A stretch of 62,720 bases of DNA, filler included, from Hausera hauseri (lineage: Eukaryota): the NCBI GenBank assembly GCA_046269625.1. It is 10 parts of 10 records of this genome, joined end to end, with 100 filler letters (N's around TTAATTAATTAA, not from the genome) between each part and the next. Parts side by side here need not be neighbours in the genome. Positions count along the whole stretch, not along the records: positions 35,410 to 46,977 come from JBJURY010088876.1; positions 47,078 to 52,660 come from JBJURY010226075.1; 8 more parts are not named here. One strand, given 5' to 3'. Shown in pieces: positions 37,836 through 47,235 of the stretch; the first letter of the stretch is position 1; the number at the start of each line of letters is the position of its first letter. The notes under the pieces are model-generated. The model was given only the letters and a program-made list of their open reading frames with translations, had not been told where the DNA came from and did not search any database. The translations under genes were made by a program, and so were the position numbers.

Positions 37836-38384
37836 ATGATTACTCATATTGTTAGATTAAATAAATCATTTATAGGAATAACAAACATCAAAGATGTGAC
37901 TCTGACGAATCTTAATGAATGGATAGATCAATTACTAATGATAAAAATACAACCTCCCAAGATAGCTTATGAATGGTACAAACTGTATAACAACAAACTA
38001 ATTGAGAAGATAGCAGAATTGGGATATAATAAGTATTTGGCAATGATTGCTGTCAAAACTAACAAGGATATTCAATATGAAACATCACCAACTATAATGG
38101 TCAACATATACCAATTACAACTAATGGACAACGAGTATTACCAAAAAATTCAACACTTGCAATCGCCACTAAAGGAAAAAGAACAAGAGGTTGAAGAAAG
38201 ATGTACGGAAATCAGCCGCACCGTTTGGATTTGTTTGATTTGTAAAAAGAATCAATCAAATATACTTTATTTGCCCTATGGACATATTATTCATTGCAAA
38301 ACATGCGTTACCGGACATTCCACCTTGTCTCAGTATACTATATGTGAATTGTTTATAGAAGAAACTTGTACTGTTTATGTATAA
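37836..38384 (+). CDS. IAP-like C-terminal module (UBA-like plus degenerate RING)
   Basis: IAELGYNKYLAMIAV (UBA-like) and CLICK...ILYLPYGHIIHCKTC...TIC ending in VYV*, like IAP C-termini. Confidence 0.7.
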   Translation: MITHIVRLNKSFIGITNIKDVTLTNLNEWIDQLLMIKIQPPKIAYEWYKLYNNKLIEKIAELGYNKYLAMIAVKTNKDIQYETSPTIMVNIYQLQLMDNEYYQKIQHLQSPLKEKEQEVEERCTEISRTVWICLICKKNQSNILYLPYGHIIHCKTCVTGHSTLSQYTICELFIEETCTVYV

Positions 38385-41300
38385 TAAGAGAGTTTTTTTT
38401 AAAATATAACAATGGCGCAAAGACATACACACGATACCGATTTCAAAGACGATTAGCGCAAAATACGTCAACAGCACTCAACGAAGATAATGAACAGGAG
38501 GAGAATGTTAGTTCTACTAGTGGTTCGGAAGTAATAAGTACAGCGTCAGCTCCAGAATCTATAATAGACTTAGATTCAGTACAATTATCTCCAACTTTAG
38601 TACAACATAATTGGACAAGAGAAATTAATGGAAGAAGGAGACCATTTCGAGGACGATACCGTAATACCCCAGACCCACGACAGTTAATACAAAGAGTACT
38701 CAATCAAGAATTAGAATGTCGTACACGATATGAAGCACACCAAGTAAATGTAGATGAACTACGAGTGAGGCAAAATAGAACAGAGGGTAATATCCGACAA
38801 TTGCTACAGGAAATACAAAATTTACCTCGACAAAGAGATGATAGCACTATAGAAGACAGTATTTTAAATCCTGATTTGAGGTTAGATAGAATCGAAGAAA
38901 GAGCCGTAGTGTTAGAACAAAAAATAAACGATAATAATATAAATTTAAATGAAATTAAAGAAAAAACTGATCAATTAACACAGGATGTGGGTATTCATAC
39001 CAGACAAATACATGATATACGACTCCAAGCTTACGACCACACGATAGCAATACGTCAAAACAAAGAACAAATAGTAAACAACGATGGACAAGTAACCCAA
39101 GGATTAAATAAGATACAAAACCAATTGACGGTCATTGTAGACGAACAAGAACAGATTCAAGAGAATCATAATTTCGTTAGAAATCATATTGATCATCTAA
39201 CACAGGAAATAACTGAATTAAATGAACACGTTGAGCAGATACAAACGAGAGATATAGTAAATCAAATCAACGAACGACTAAACGTGGTACAATCCCCAGA
39301 ATTTTCAATAGAATTGAGTGAGATATCTTGTGAAACTACTGATAACGATGACAACATGGCTCGACACGGGAATAATCAAGATCGGTTCGCTCAGGATGAA
39401 GAGCGTAACTGCGACCAAAATAACAATGCCGGTTACGGATTATGGAATTTTAGGAGGGAGAAGAAGTATCAAATGCTTCCTCGCCTTCAACCATACGAAG
39501 GACGAGTATCAGATTTAGAGGATTTCTTGGACGAATATGATTCATTGGCAACAGCCATGCATTGGGATGATGCGAAAAAAATATCTATGTTGCCAGTACA
39601 TGTAAACAATGACTTGAGGATAGCAATAACACGAATACCTCCACAAAGAGGGGAAACTTGGGTACAGCACCGAGAAAAAATATTACGGAATCAACAGGTT
39701 GATATACAAGAAAATAGATATCTAAAATTCCAAAATTGTAAACAAAAACCAAATGAAGAGGTATTAACATATATTAATAGATTTAAAACAGCAATGAATA
39801 GGTATTTTGGTGATAACGCACGAGCATTTGGTGCTATGATTATGAAACAATTTGTACTTGGACTCTCACCACCTCTACGAGAAGGAGTCAAATTTCATAC
39901 AGCAGATAATATTAATGACTTAATTGATTATACCCGTCGAATGGCTACTCGAATAGATGAAACACCGGTATGGAATAATCAAACACATATCGCAGCAGTA
40001 GCCACCGCTCCATTATTAGTGAGACCAGACGTACCAAATCGGAGTAATTCACCATGGAGAGATTTACCTAGAAGTCAGAGCCCTAGCGGACAAAGTAATA
40101 ATACATCACAGAGGAGTAACACTCCGGAAAGAAGAAATAATAATCAACCTTCTAGAGACTTCAACAATAATCAAAGGGATACACCATATCAAAATCAAAG
40201 AAACGAAAGATATAATGATAACCGACAACGGAATGAAACAAGATATGAAAGATCACGCGATTACTCAAGAGATAGAAATGATAATAGAAGTCGATTTCCT
40301 AGTAGAGATAGGTACAGTAATGATCGAAATTTCGATCGATACAACAATAGAAATAATCAAGTAAATTCACACTACAGACGCGATGATAGCCGAACCCGCT
40401 ATTCAACTAATAGATCAGATGGACCAAGATTTAATTATTCTAACGATAGAAGGAATGATAGTCGCGATAGATCCAGAAGAGATGACAGTCGGGAACGATA
40501 TAATAACTTTAATAGAAATAATAGTGGAGAAAGAGATAACCGGCGAAGTAACAGCAGAGACAGATATAATTCTGGAAATAATAATAGAGACCGGTATAAT
40601 GATCCAAGATACAGGAATTATGATGGAAGACGAGACTATACTCCACCCCGACGAGAATCAGATAGATACAATAGGAATCCTAGTCCATATCCCCAAAGAG
40701 ATCGAAATCGATCTCCCTCTCCAATACCAACCCATAATAATAACGAAAGATACACTAGACCGACAGACTATATTCTCAGACAAAACGATATTAGTAGAAA
40801 TCCTTCACCATTTCGATATGATAGGAATACGACACCGGAACGGCCCAGATACTCAAATGAGAAAAGACCAGATTCAATGACATCACCAAATAATAATCTC
40901 ACTAAGGAAAAAGGAAGCTCTTCCGATAATGGAAGGAGTAGTAGCGACGAAAGGAGTCTATCACCTCGGCATTCAGTTACGTTTAATGAACAAACCAAAT
41001 CCGCTTTTACAGGATTATTAATAGCGAAACCTATACAAGACGACCAGCAAAGTATACTTAAATCATCATCAAATATTTCTATCTTAGAAAAACCTTTTGT
41101 AACAAGAAATCGCTTAGAACAAGCAGGACAAAAAGTGCCAGATATTCAGCATAATACACTTCCCTATATGCTATGGCCAGAAACCAGAGAAATAAAAGAC
41201 TTACTCTTAACGTTTGTAGCGGTAGAGAAGATTATCGAGAATAATCACGAACCAGAAATCGACCGAATAAGAATAGAGAATAATGAAGGTAATATAATAC

Positions 41301-44300
41301 TGGAGCTAGAAAAAGTACGCTCAGAAAAAGAGAAATACTTTGAAAATCTTAGGCAATTACTCTGTGGAAGAATTGTTGTCGGAATCGATTTACCATGGTT
41401 ATTTAGACAAATACAGCTGAAAGAAACGGATATTTTTGGCACGTTTAACGTGGATCAGAATTTCAATTTACCAAATGATCAATGGAAAAGAGATGGAACA
41501 TTACCACAACGGTTGATTAACTTACGACGAGAATACAAGATAAAACTTAGTCGTCAAGGATCTCCATATTATATCTTCCCAAGTAGACCATTGTTTAAAG
41601 ATAATAAACAACCTATGCAGGAAGTGACATGCAATACCACGCTGATTGCAGAAGTAGCGTTACGACACATGGATATGGAAATAACACGAAGTTGGGATAG
41701 GATATTTGATGATAAGAAAACCAATCGAATAGAGTTTGCAGAAATTGCTAATCAAGGATCAATTTGTATGGAAAGTATTGATAAAGTTTATTTAAAGAAT
41801 ACTGATATTCAAATCAAAAGAGATGACCCACCATGTGCAGTAATCACTGATCAAGGAGAAGTACGGCTACAGATTAATAATAAAGCGGTAATTATCTCCA
41901 AAGAGACTATGATAATTCCCAACTATCCTTATGAAGGAAATTGTCGGATTCAACCATTAGATGACAATCCCTTATATTTAATACAATTACCTAAGAAAAC
42001 ACCCATACTATCCATGGACGAACCTGTAAAACAGGATAAGGAAATAATACTTACAGGTAGATGTATAAACAATGGAGATCAGAAAGGACTTACTCAAATC
42101 ACCGCCAAAAATTTAGAAGGGGAAACAATTTTCAATATTCACATATATTCGAACATACCAGACCCTACGAAGTACACTGAGTATAGTAGACGAGTCAATC
42201 CTCAACGACAAGAAGCAGTGAGTAAGTTTATGAATAAATATTTACCAGGAAAAATAATCATTGAACGACAACTACCAGAACTATTAAATACATTGAAAAT
42301 TAATCCAAAAAATTTAACTGCTGTCTATGATTTAGAACAAACCAACAGAAATTATAGATGTCTAGACTTGTACCATGGTCATAACTCAGAAATAATGGCA
42401 CAAAGATGTTTATATGAGTACTTAAAGACGACACGAGTGGAATACAATCTGCCATGGATAATAGAGAGTCAGAAAACATTACAAATAGCCTTTCCGTTAA
42501 TTCGACAACTTGAGAAAACAAATGAAGCACGAGCCATTCCAGTAATCGAACCAATTGCTCAAAGATGCCCCGATATGGACTCGGACGAATATTCGCAGGA
42601 GCCCGTCAGAACTCGACTAACTGGAGAATGGATAGAACCTCACAATGATAGATTGGTTGCACCTCTAACTCAGCCAAATATTCCACCCCAACGACCTACA
42701 TCATTCGAAGCAATATGGGATTTGGCGCAACCCAGTACATCCAAGAAAGAATCACGATTAGTTGATACAGATGACACATTTGCAATTTTAGATGACGACG
42801 AATTTCTTCCTATGCACGATGCGAACGAATATCCAGAAGATCCGTTTTTATCAGTCGAAAATCCAAAATATACACCAGAAATAAATGTACCTCCAGGTTC
42901 AATAATATATGATGAACCTACAAAGCTAATAATTGAAATACTCAAAGCGAAACTACAAATGACAGATACACCACCGAATGAAGTGTGGAATGCTCTACGA
43001 CAATATGAATCGTTATCACTGACTCATCGAATAGAATGCGCGCCACTACTTATACCGTTGACGAAGGATGATGTATATTGTTTCCTAGCAGCAAGAAAAT
43101 TGCTTAAGACTCTTGGTAGAGATTTAAGAAGAAAACATAGAAGAAAACAGCCATATATAATAAGCATAGAAATTAAAACTAATAAACGGGAGCAGGAAAT
43201 TGAAGTAACGGCTGGAATGTTTACTAAATTCATTGATCTCCGAAGAAAAGTATTGGACGAGTTAGATTTGGAAACCAATATAATAGCAAAAACTGATGTC
43301 TATGGTAGAATAGCCGCTGATAATGATTACATAGTGGATTACGGACTACTTACCGGAAAAATCTACCAGATTATCATGGAATTTGGTACTAAGAAAAAGG
43401 GAGGAAGACCACGAAAGTGCGATTTTAACCCCATAAGTGATGATGAAGAAAATCCTGAGGAAGAAAGACCGGAGAAACAAAAAAGAAAAAAGCCATTATC
43501 AAGAAAACGTAAGGAACAACGAGAAGCATTAGAAGACATACTATATGACAATTTTCAGCAAATTACTATTAGCGATGATGAAAATGAACAAATGAAGGAA
43601 CCAGCTGCAGGAACATCAAATCAACAGGAAATGAATATCCCAAATGTAACATTGACAACCCAAGAACTTATAGAACAATTAATTAAGAAAGTTAACCCGA
43701 ACCAGCTCAAGAAGATACCAGCCATTACAACAATTCCATTACAGTCCATAATAGAAACGGCTAGAAACTTCTCATCACAAATTACAAAGTTACTACAGAA
43801 GTACAAATTAAAAGGAGGTCTGAATAAGACATTAACACGGTTATTAAAGGAATGCGATCAAAACCGACTGCTTATGGCTTTAGGATGTATAGTAGTTAGT
43901 TTTAAAAATCAAACTGAGATTGATGCTAAACTGCACCATACAGTGAGAGACTTAGCCCACCACATGGATAAATTAACGAAGGAATGGGTAACTAAACAAG
44001 GAGGATGGGACGAAATCCTTAAGAAATTTAACCCTTTGTATAATTCAATACAAGTAAACGACAAGTATGTCACATTCAAATTTCATAACCAATACTATAT
44101 GGTCACATTTGATGATAACGCCGTCAAATGTTTTCGAATAATGAAAGAATCCATTAAATGTGATGATCTTCAACCACAACATTCGTATCGAATACAAATA
44201 GTATATTATACACCTCAACTACCCTTCAGGCCAAAGACAGTAGCAATATGCCATATAACCACCTTAGAAGAACGGAACCCTACAAAAATCGAATCACTGA

Positions 44301-45376
44301 AACTTAAGACGAACATAAATCACAAATCATTAATGTTAATAATCATCATACCTTCTATTATCGTCGTGGTCGCCGTAATATCCCTATTGATTTTGCGCAT
44401 CAAAAATCATCATCATATTGAGAGGTATACAGCTCTACATAGAACAAGACCGAAAATTAATTTAAGATTTCCTCGAACGTTATTACTTTTGAGTATGCTG
44501 ATTTGTTGTATGCCAAACTCATTGGCGCAGACCACTTCAAATTCTCAGAAAACAATAACAAATTTACTCAGTCAGGTAACACCAAGTACATTTACAGAAT
44601 TCATGAAATTTTTAAAGAAAAATACCCAAACAGAACCATGGGACATCGAAGAGGTTTCACCAGGAAATCTTTATATACAATATAATCACACAAGACGATG
44701 TTTATCTATGAAATCTTCTTATCCACAAAATAGAATGAAAGATAATAAGACTTCACCTGAAGAATGGGGAACGGTAGTTCTTTACAAACGATCCAAGGAA
44801 ATATGCACTACTACGTCAGTAGATGGGGGTCATTGTTGTACAGTCACTCCAGGAGACACTTATTTAATACAAATACACATAGCGAAGAGAAAAGATTTAC
44901 CTCTTATAGAAAATCGAAAAGCCATAATAGTCATACCAACGAGACAAAAAATCGCTACAATATCCCTAACTTATAATTCAGAGAAGCAAAAGGAGTTAAC
45001 TAATATCGATAAAATATTTTTAGAGAAAAGAATATCGATCAGGCAACCCGACTATGCAAAACAATGTTTGCCAGTAGAATGGGACCGTAAAATACCCAAA
45101 GGGAGAGTAATGCAAATAATCACTCAATATGCCGATACTTCTATTCCTGATGATAAAGTATACTACTCCAGAGAACATAATTTCTCTACATGTATCTCCG
45201 CAAGACCTGATCAAGAATATTCGTTAACATTCACGATGTTCCGTATAATAAAAGGCATATGGAGGAACACAACAAAAAGAGTCGACAGAACAGTACCAAT
45301 AATCCCGTGTACCCCTCTATCGAAGGAAATAAACGCACTGTTGCCAAAATATTCTGTGAAAACGCTACTACCTTAA
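38366..45376 (+). CDS. gag: Gag mega-polyprotein with cargo domains (coiled coil, capsid, R/S/N/D-rich region, two pseudo-exonucleases, Ubl, AT-hook, Bcl-2-like, FN3-like, TM)
   Basis: 2336-aa open frame. Capsid LQPYEG...WDD...CKQKPNEEVLTYINRF...FVLGL at about 39480-39960. BH2-like WVTKQGGWDEILKKF at about 43985. TM at about 44325-44395. The true start codon is uncertain. Confidence 0.85.
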   Translation: MYCLCIIREFFLKYNNGAKTYTRYRFQRRLAQNTSTALNEDNEQEENVSSTSGSEVISTASAPESIIDLDSVQLSPTLVQHNWTREINGRRRPFRGRYRNTPDPRQLIQRVLNQELECRTRYEAHQVNVDELRVRQNRTEGNIRQLLQEIQNLPRQRDDSTIEDSILNPDLRLDRIEERAVVLEQKINDNNINLNEIKEKTDQLTQDVGIHTRQIHDIRLQAYDHTIAIRQNKEQIVNNDGQVTQGLNKIQNQLTVIVDEQEQIQENHNFVRNHIDHLTQEITELNEHVEQIQTRDIVNQINERLNVVQSPEFSIELSEISCETTDNDDNMARHGNNQDRFAQDEERNCDQNNNAGYGLWNFRREKKYQMLPRLQPYEGRVSDLEDFLDEYDSLATAMHWDDAKKISMLPVHVNNDLRIAITRIPPQRGETWVQHREKILRNQQVDIQENRYLKFQNCKQKPNEEVLTYINRFKTAMNRYFGDNARAFGAMIMKQFVLGLSPPLREGVKFHTADNINDLIDYTRRMATRIDETPVWNNQTHIAAVATAPLLVRPDVPNRSNSPWRDLPRSQSPSGQSNNTSQRSNTPERRNNNQPSRDFNNNQRDTPYQNQRNERYNDNRQRNETRYERSRDYSRDRNDNRSRFPSRDRYSNDRNFDRYNNRNNQVNSHYRRDDSRTRYSTNRSDGPRFNYSNDRRNDSRDRSRRDDSRERYNNFNRNNSGERDNRRSNSRDRYNSGNNNRDRYNDPRYRNYDGRRDYTPPRRESDRYNRNPSPYPQRDRNRSPSPIPTHNNNERYTRPTDYILRQNDISRNPSPFRYDRNTTPERPRYSNEKRPDSMTSPNNNLTKEKGSSSDNGRSSSDERSLSPRHSVTFNEQTKSAFTGLLIAKPIQDDQQSILKSSSNISILEKPFVTRNRLEQAGQKVPDIQHNTLPYMLWPETREIKDLLLTFVAVEKIIENNHEPEIDRIRIENNEGNIILELEKVRSEKEKYFENLRQLLCGRIVVGIDLPWLFRQIQLKETDIFGTFNVDQNFNLPNDQWKRDGTLPQRLINLRREYKIKLSRQGSPYYIFPSRPLFKDNKQPMQEVTCNTTLIAEVALRHMDMEITRSWDRIFDDKKTNRIEFAEIANQGSICMESIDKVYLKNTDIQIKRDDPPCAVITDQGEVRLQINNKAVIISKETMIIPNYPYEGNCRIQPLDDNPLYLIQLPKKTPILSMDEPVKQDKEIILTGRCINNGDQKGLTQITAKNLEGETIFNIHIYSNIPDPTKYTEYSRRVNPQRQEAVSKFMNKYLPGKIIIERQLPELLNTLKINPKNLTAVYDLEQTNRNYRCLDLYHGHNSEIMAQRCLYEYLKTTRVEYNLPWIIESQKTLQIAFPLIRQLEKTNEARAIPVIEPIAQRCPDMDSDEYSQEPVRTRLTGEWIEPHNDRLVAPLTQPNIPPQRPTSFEAIWDLAQPSTSKKESRLVDTDDTFAILDDDEFLPMHDANEYPEDPFLSVENPKYTPEINVPPGSIIYDEPTKLIIEILKAKLQMTDTPPNEVWNALRQYESLSLTHRIECAPLLIPLTKDDVYCFLAARKLLKTLGRDLRRKHRRKQPYIISIEIKTNKREQEIEVTAGMFTKFIDLRRKVLDELDLETNIIAKTDVYGRIAADNDYIVDYGLLTGKIYQIIMEFGTKKKGGRPRKCDFNPISDDEENPEEERPEKQKRKKPLSRKRKEQREALEDILYDNFQQITISDDENEQMKEPAAGTSNQQEMNIPNVTLTTQELIEQLIKKVNPNQLKKIPAITTIPLQSIIETARNFSSQITKLLQKYKLKGGLNKTLTRLLKECDQNRLLMALGCIVVSFKNQTEIDAKLHHTVRDLAHHMDKLTKEWVTKQGGWDEILKKFNPLYNSIQVNDKYVTFKFHNQYYMVTFDDNAVKCFRIMKESIKCDDLQPQHSYRIQIVYYTPQLPFRPKTVAICHITTLEERNPTKIESLKLKTNINHKSLMLIIIIPSIIVVVAVISLLILRIKNHHHIERYTALHRTRPKINLRFPRTLLLLSMLICCMPNSLAQTTSNSQKTITNLLSQVTPSTFTEFMKFLKKNTQTEPWDIEEVSPGNLYIQYNHTRRCLSMKSSYPQNRMKDNKTSPEEWGTVVLYKRSKEICTTTSVDGGHCCTVTPGDTYLIQIHIAKRKDLPLIENRKAIIVIPTRQKIATISLTYNSEKQKELTNIDKIFLEKRISIRQPDYAKQCLPVEWDRKIPKGRVMQIITQYADTSIPDDKVYYSREHNFSTCISARPDQEYSLTFTMFRIIKGIWRNTTKRVDRTVPIIPCTPLSKEINALLPKYSVKTLLP

Positions 45377-46977
45377 TAGTGTCAACTCAAACCGATAGAA
45401 CAAATTATGTTATAACTTGTGCAGCAAGACGTTATGATGACGAAATATATATTATTGAGACTACCAATCCGCAACCTATAGTATCGTGCACGAGACACGA
45501 TAATCGAGAAATACTTCTAACATTGCAACTACAATCATCATGTCCAAATACCTTTTGGTTAAGTAGTTTTCAATACGCAGTACAGAATTACATCACGTAT
45601 ATGCCATTAAACCTAATGCAAGTGCCGGAACGGATAACTTCGTTCTTATTTAAACCCCTGGACGCTTACATTCAAGTAAGATCTGACCGTATTTTTATTA
45701 GTCTACCACATCCAGATTTTATAGTAAACATAGAGAATGCTAACGATGCCTGCTATTTACTTACTAGTACTTACGTCGAATGTCCACCACTAATATCCGG
45801 TTATCCTTATCTAGTCCACATTCAACGACCTCACTACAACCCAATACGAAGACACAAGACAATCGCACTTTTGCAGGTTACTACTCTTAAAAAAGGAGTA
45901 AATTCATTGTACAAATTCCCTACACTTGATGAAATAATGAAAGGAGGAAGATTTGTTTCTCGAAAAATCATCGACCCACAAGAAAACAAAAAGTTAGCTC
46001 ATAAATCACCACTTAGCGAGCATATGAAACAATTTCAGATAGATTACAATATGCTTATATTAATCGTAATAATTGTACCAATCAGTGTAGTACTTGTCGT
46101 AACTGTCATAATCCTAGTATGCATATATAGACGCAAATACAACCGAGTGAATGTGTCTCGTCATACAACCACCTTTGTTGATGAACCAATTGAAATCCCA
46201 CTAAATGATCTGGAATATGACTTCGAAATTTACGGTGATCAGAAATGGTTATCTGTTATCCGAAAGGAGGAATATTATCCATATGTAGAAAATAACGAAG
46301 AGCAGGCTCCATCACAAGCCGAACGCTATATGTTAGGATGTATTGACGAACCAACCAACCCAATAGAATATACAACAATAAATGATGCCGGAATAACTCC
46401 ATTAATGTTGGCGGTAGCAGCAGGAAATGAAGATAGAGCTAGAGAAGCTATAACCCAATTAGGCGACGAAGCCACACAAGCATTGAAGTTTCAGGATACA
46501 AATGGCAACACTATAATTCATCTGGCTATTATGAGCGAATGCCACGATTTCTTTATATTAATGCTGATTCAATCTCAAGCACCCTTACATATACCTAATG
46601 TGGACGGAGATATTCCTTTGCTGTTTGCTATACGACATGGTCGACATGACTTGGCAATTCCGATATTCGGTTATGCCTATGACAATAAGGCATTCCAGGC
46701 AATATTCCAAACCCAATTACGCAGTACACCGTTACATCATGCAATAGTTTTTAAACGATTCCTCTTGTTGGAAACCTTTCTAAATAAGAAGTTTGACAAT
46801 GGAACTTATGTATTCGACGTAAACTACGCTCACGGATCATACGAAGAGACTCCTCTTATAACTGCACTCTTGACACGAACCTATGGTGCAGTCTCTATCT
46901 TGATGCGACGACCGGATATTCGACCAGAAATTCATAATTACCGAGGCATGACTATTAACGACATTCTGATACGCGAT
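45310..46977 (+). CDS. Continuation of the polyprotein in the -1 frame: FN3-like repeats, TM helix, ankyrin repeats (runs off the contig)
   Basis: Overlaps the end of the 2336-aa ORF. ECPPLISGYPYLVHI, TM MLILIVIIVPISVVLVVTVIILVCIY, and ANK motifs GITPLMLAV, GNTIIHLAI, GDIPLLFAI, STPLHHAI and ETPLITAL. Confidence 0.85.
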
Positions 46978-47077
46978 NNNNNNNNNNNNNNNNNNNNNNN
47001 NNNNNNNNNNNNNNNNNNNNNTTAATTAATTAANNNNNNNNNNNNNNNNNNNNNNNNNNNNNNNNNNNNNNNNNNNN
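46978..47077. other. Artificial contig linker
   Basis: N44-TTAATTAATTAA-N44. Confidence 0.99.
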
Positions 47078-47187
47078 ATTATTAATAATTTTCCTATTTC
47101 AATATATACAACACCATAATAATTTCTATCCTAATATTTACATCTCCGTATCATCAATATTTACATCCTCTTACATTTCTCCTCTCT
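47078..47187 (-). repeat. Polypurine tract and start of the 3' LTR
   Basis: Minus-strand AGAGAGGAGAAA (47187-47176) followed directly by TGTAAG (47175), about 50 nt after the RING stop codon. Confidence 0.7.
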
Positions 47188-47235
47188 GAGCGACACCTCG
47201 TATGTGCCTATTGTGTCAGGAGAGGTGGCGTCTAA

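Noticed and set aside
46050-46977. Calling the TM-ankyrin module Notch
   Set aside because: There are no EGF or LNR repeats and no RAM WxP motif. The similarity is architectural only.
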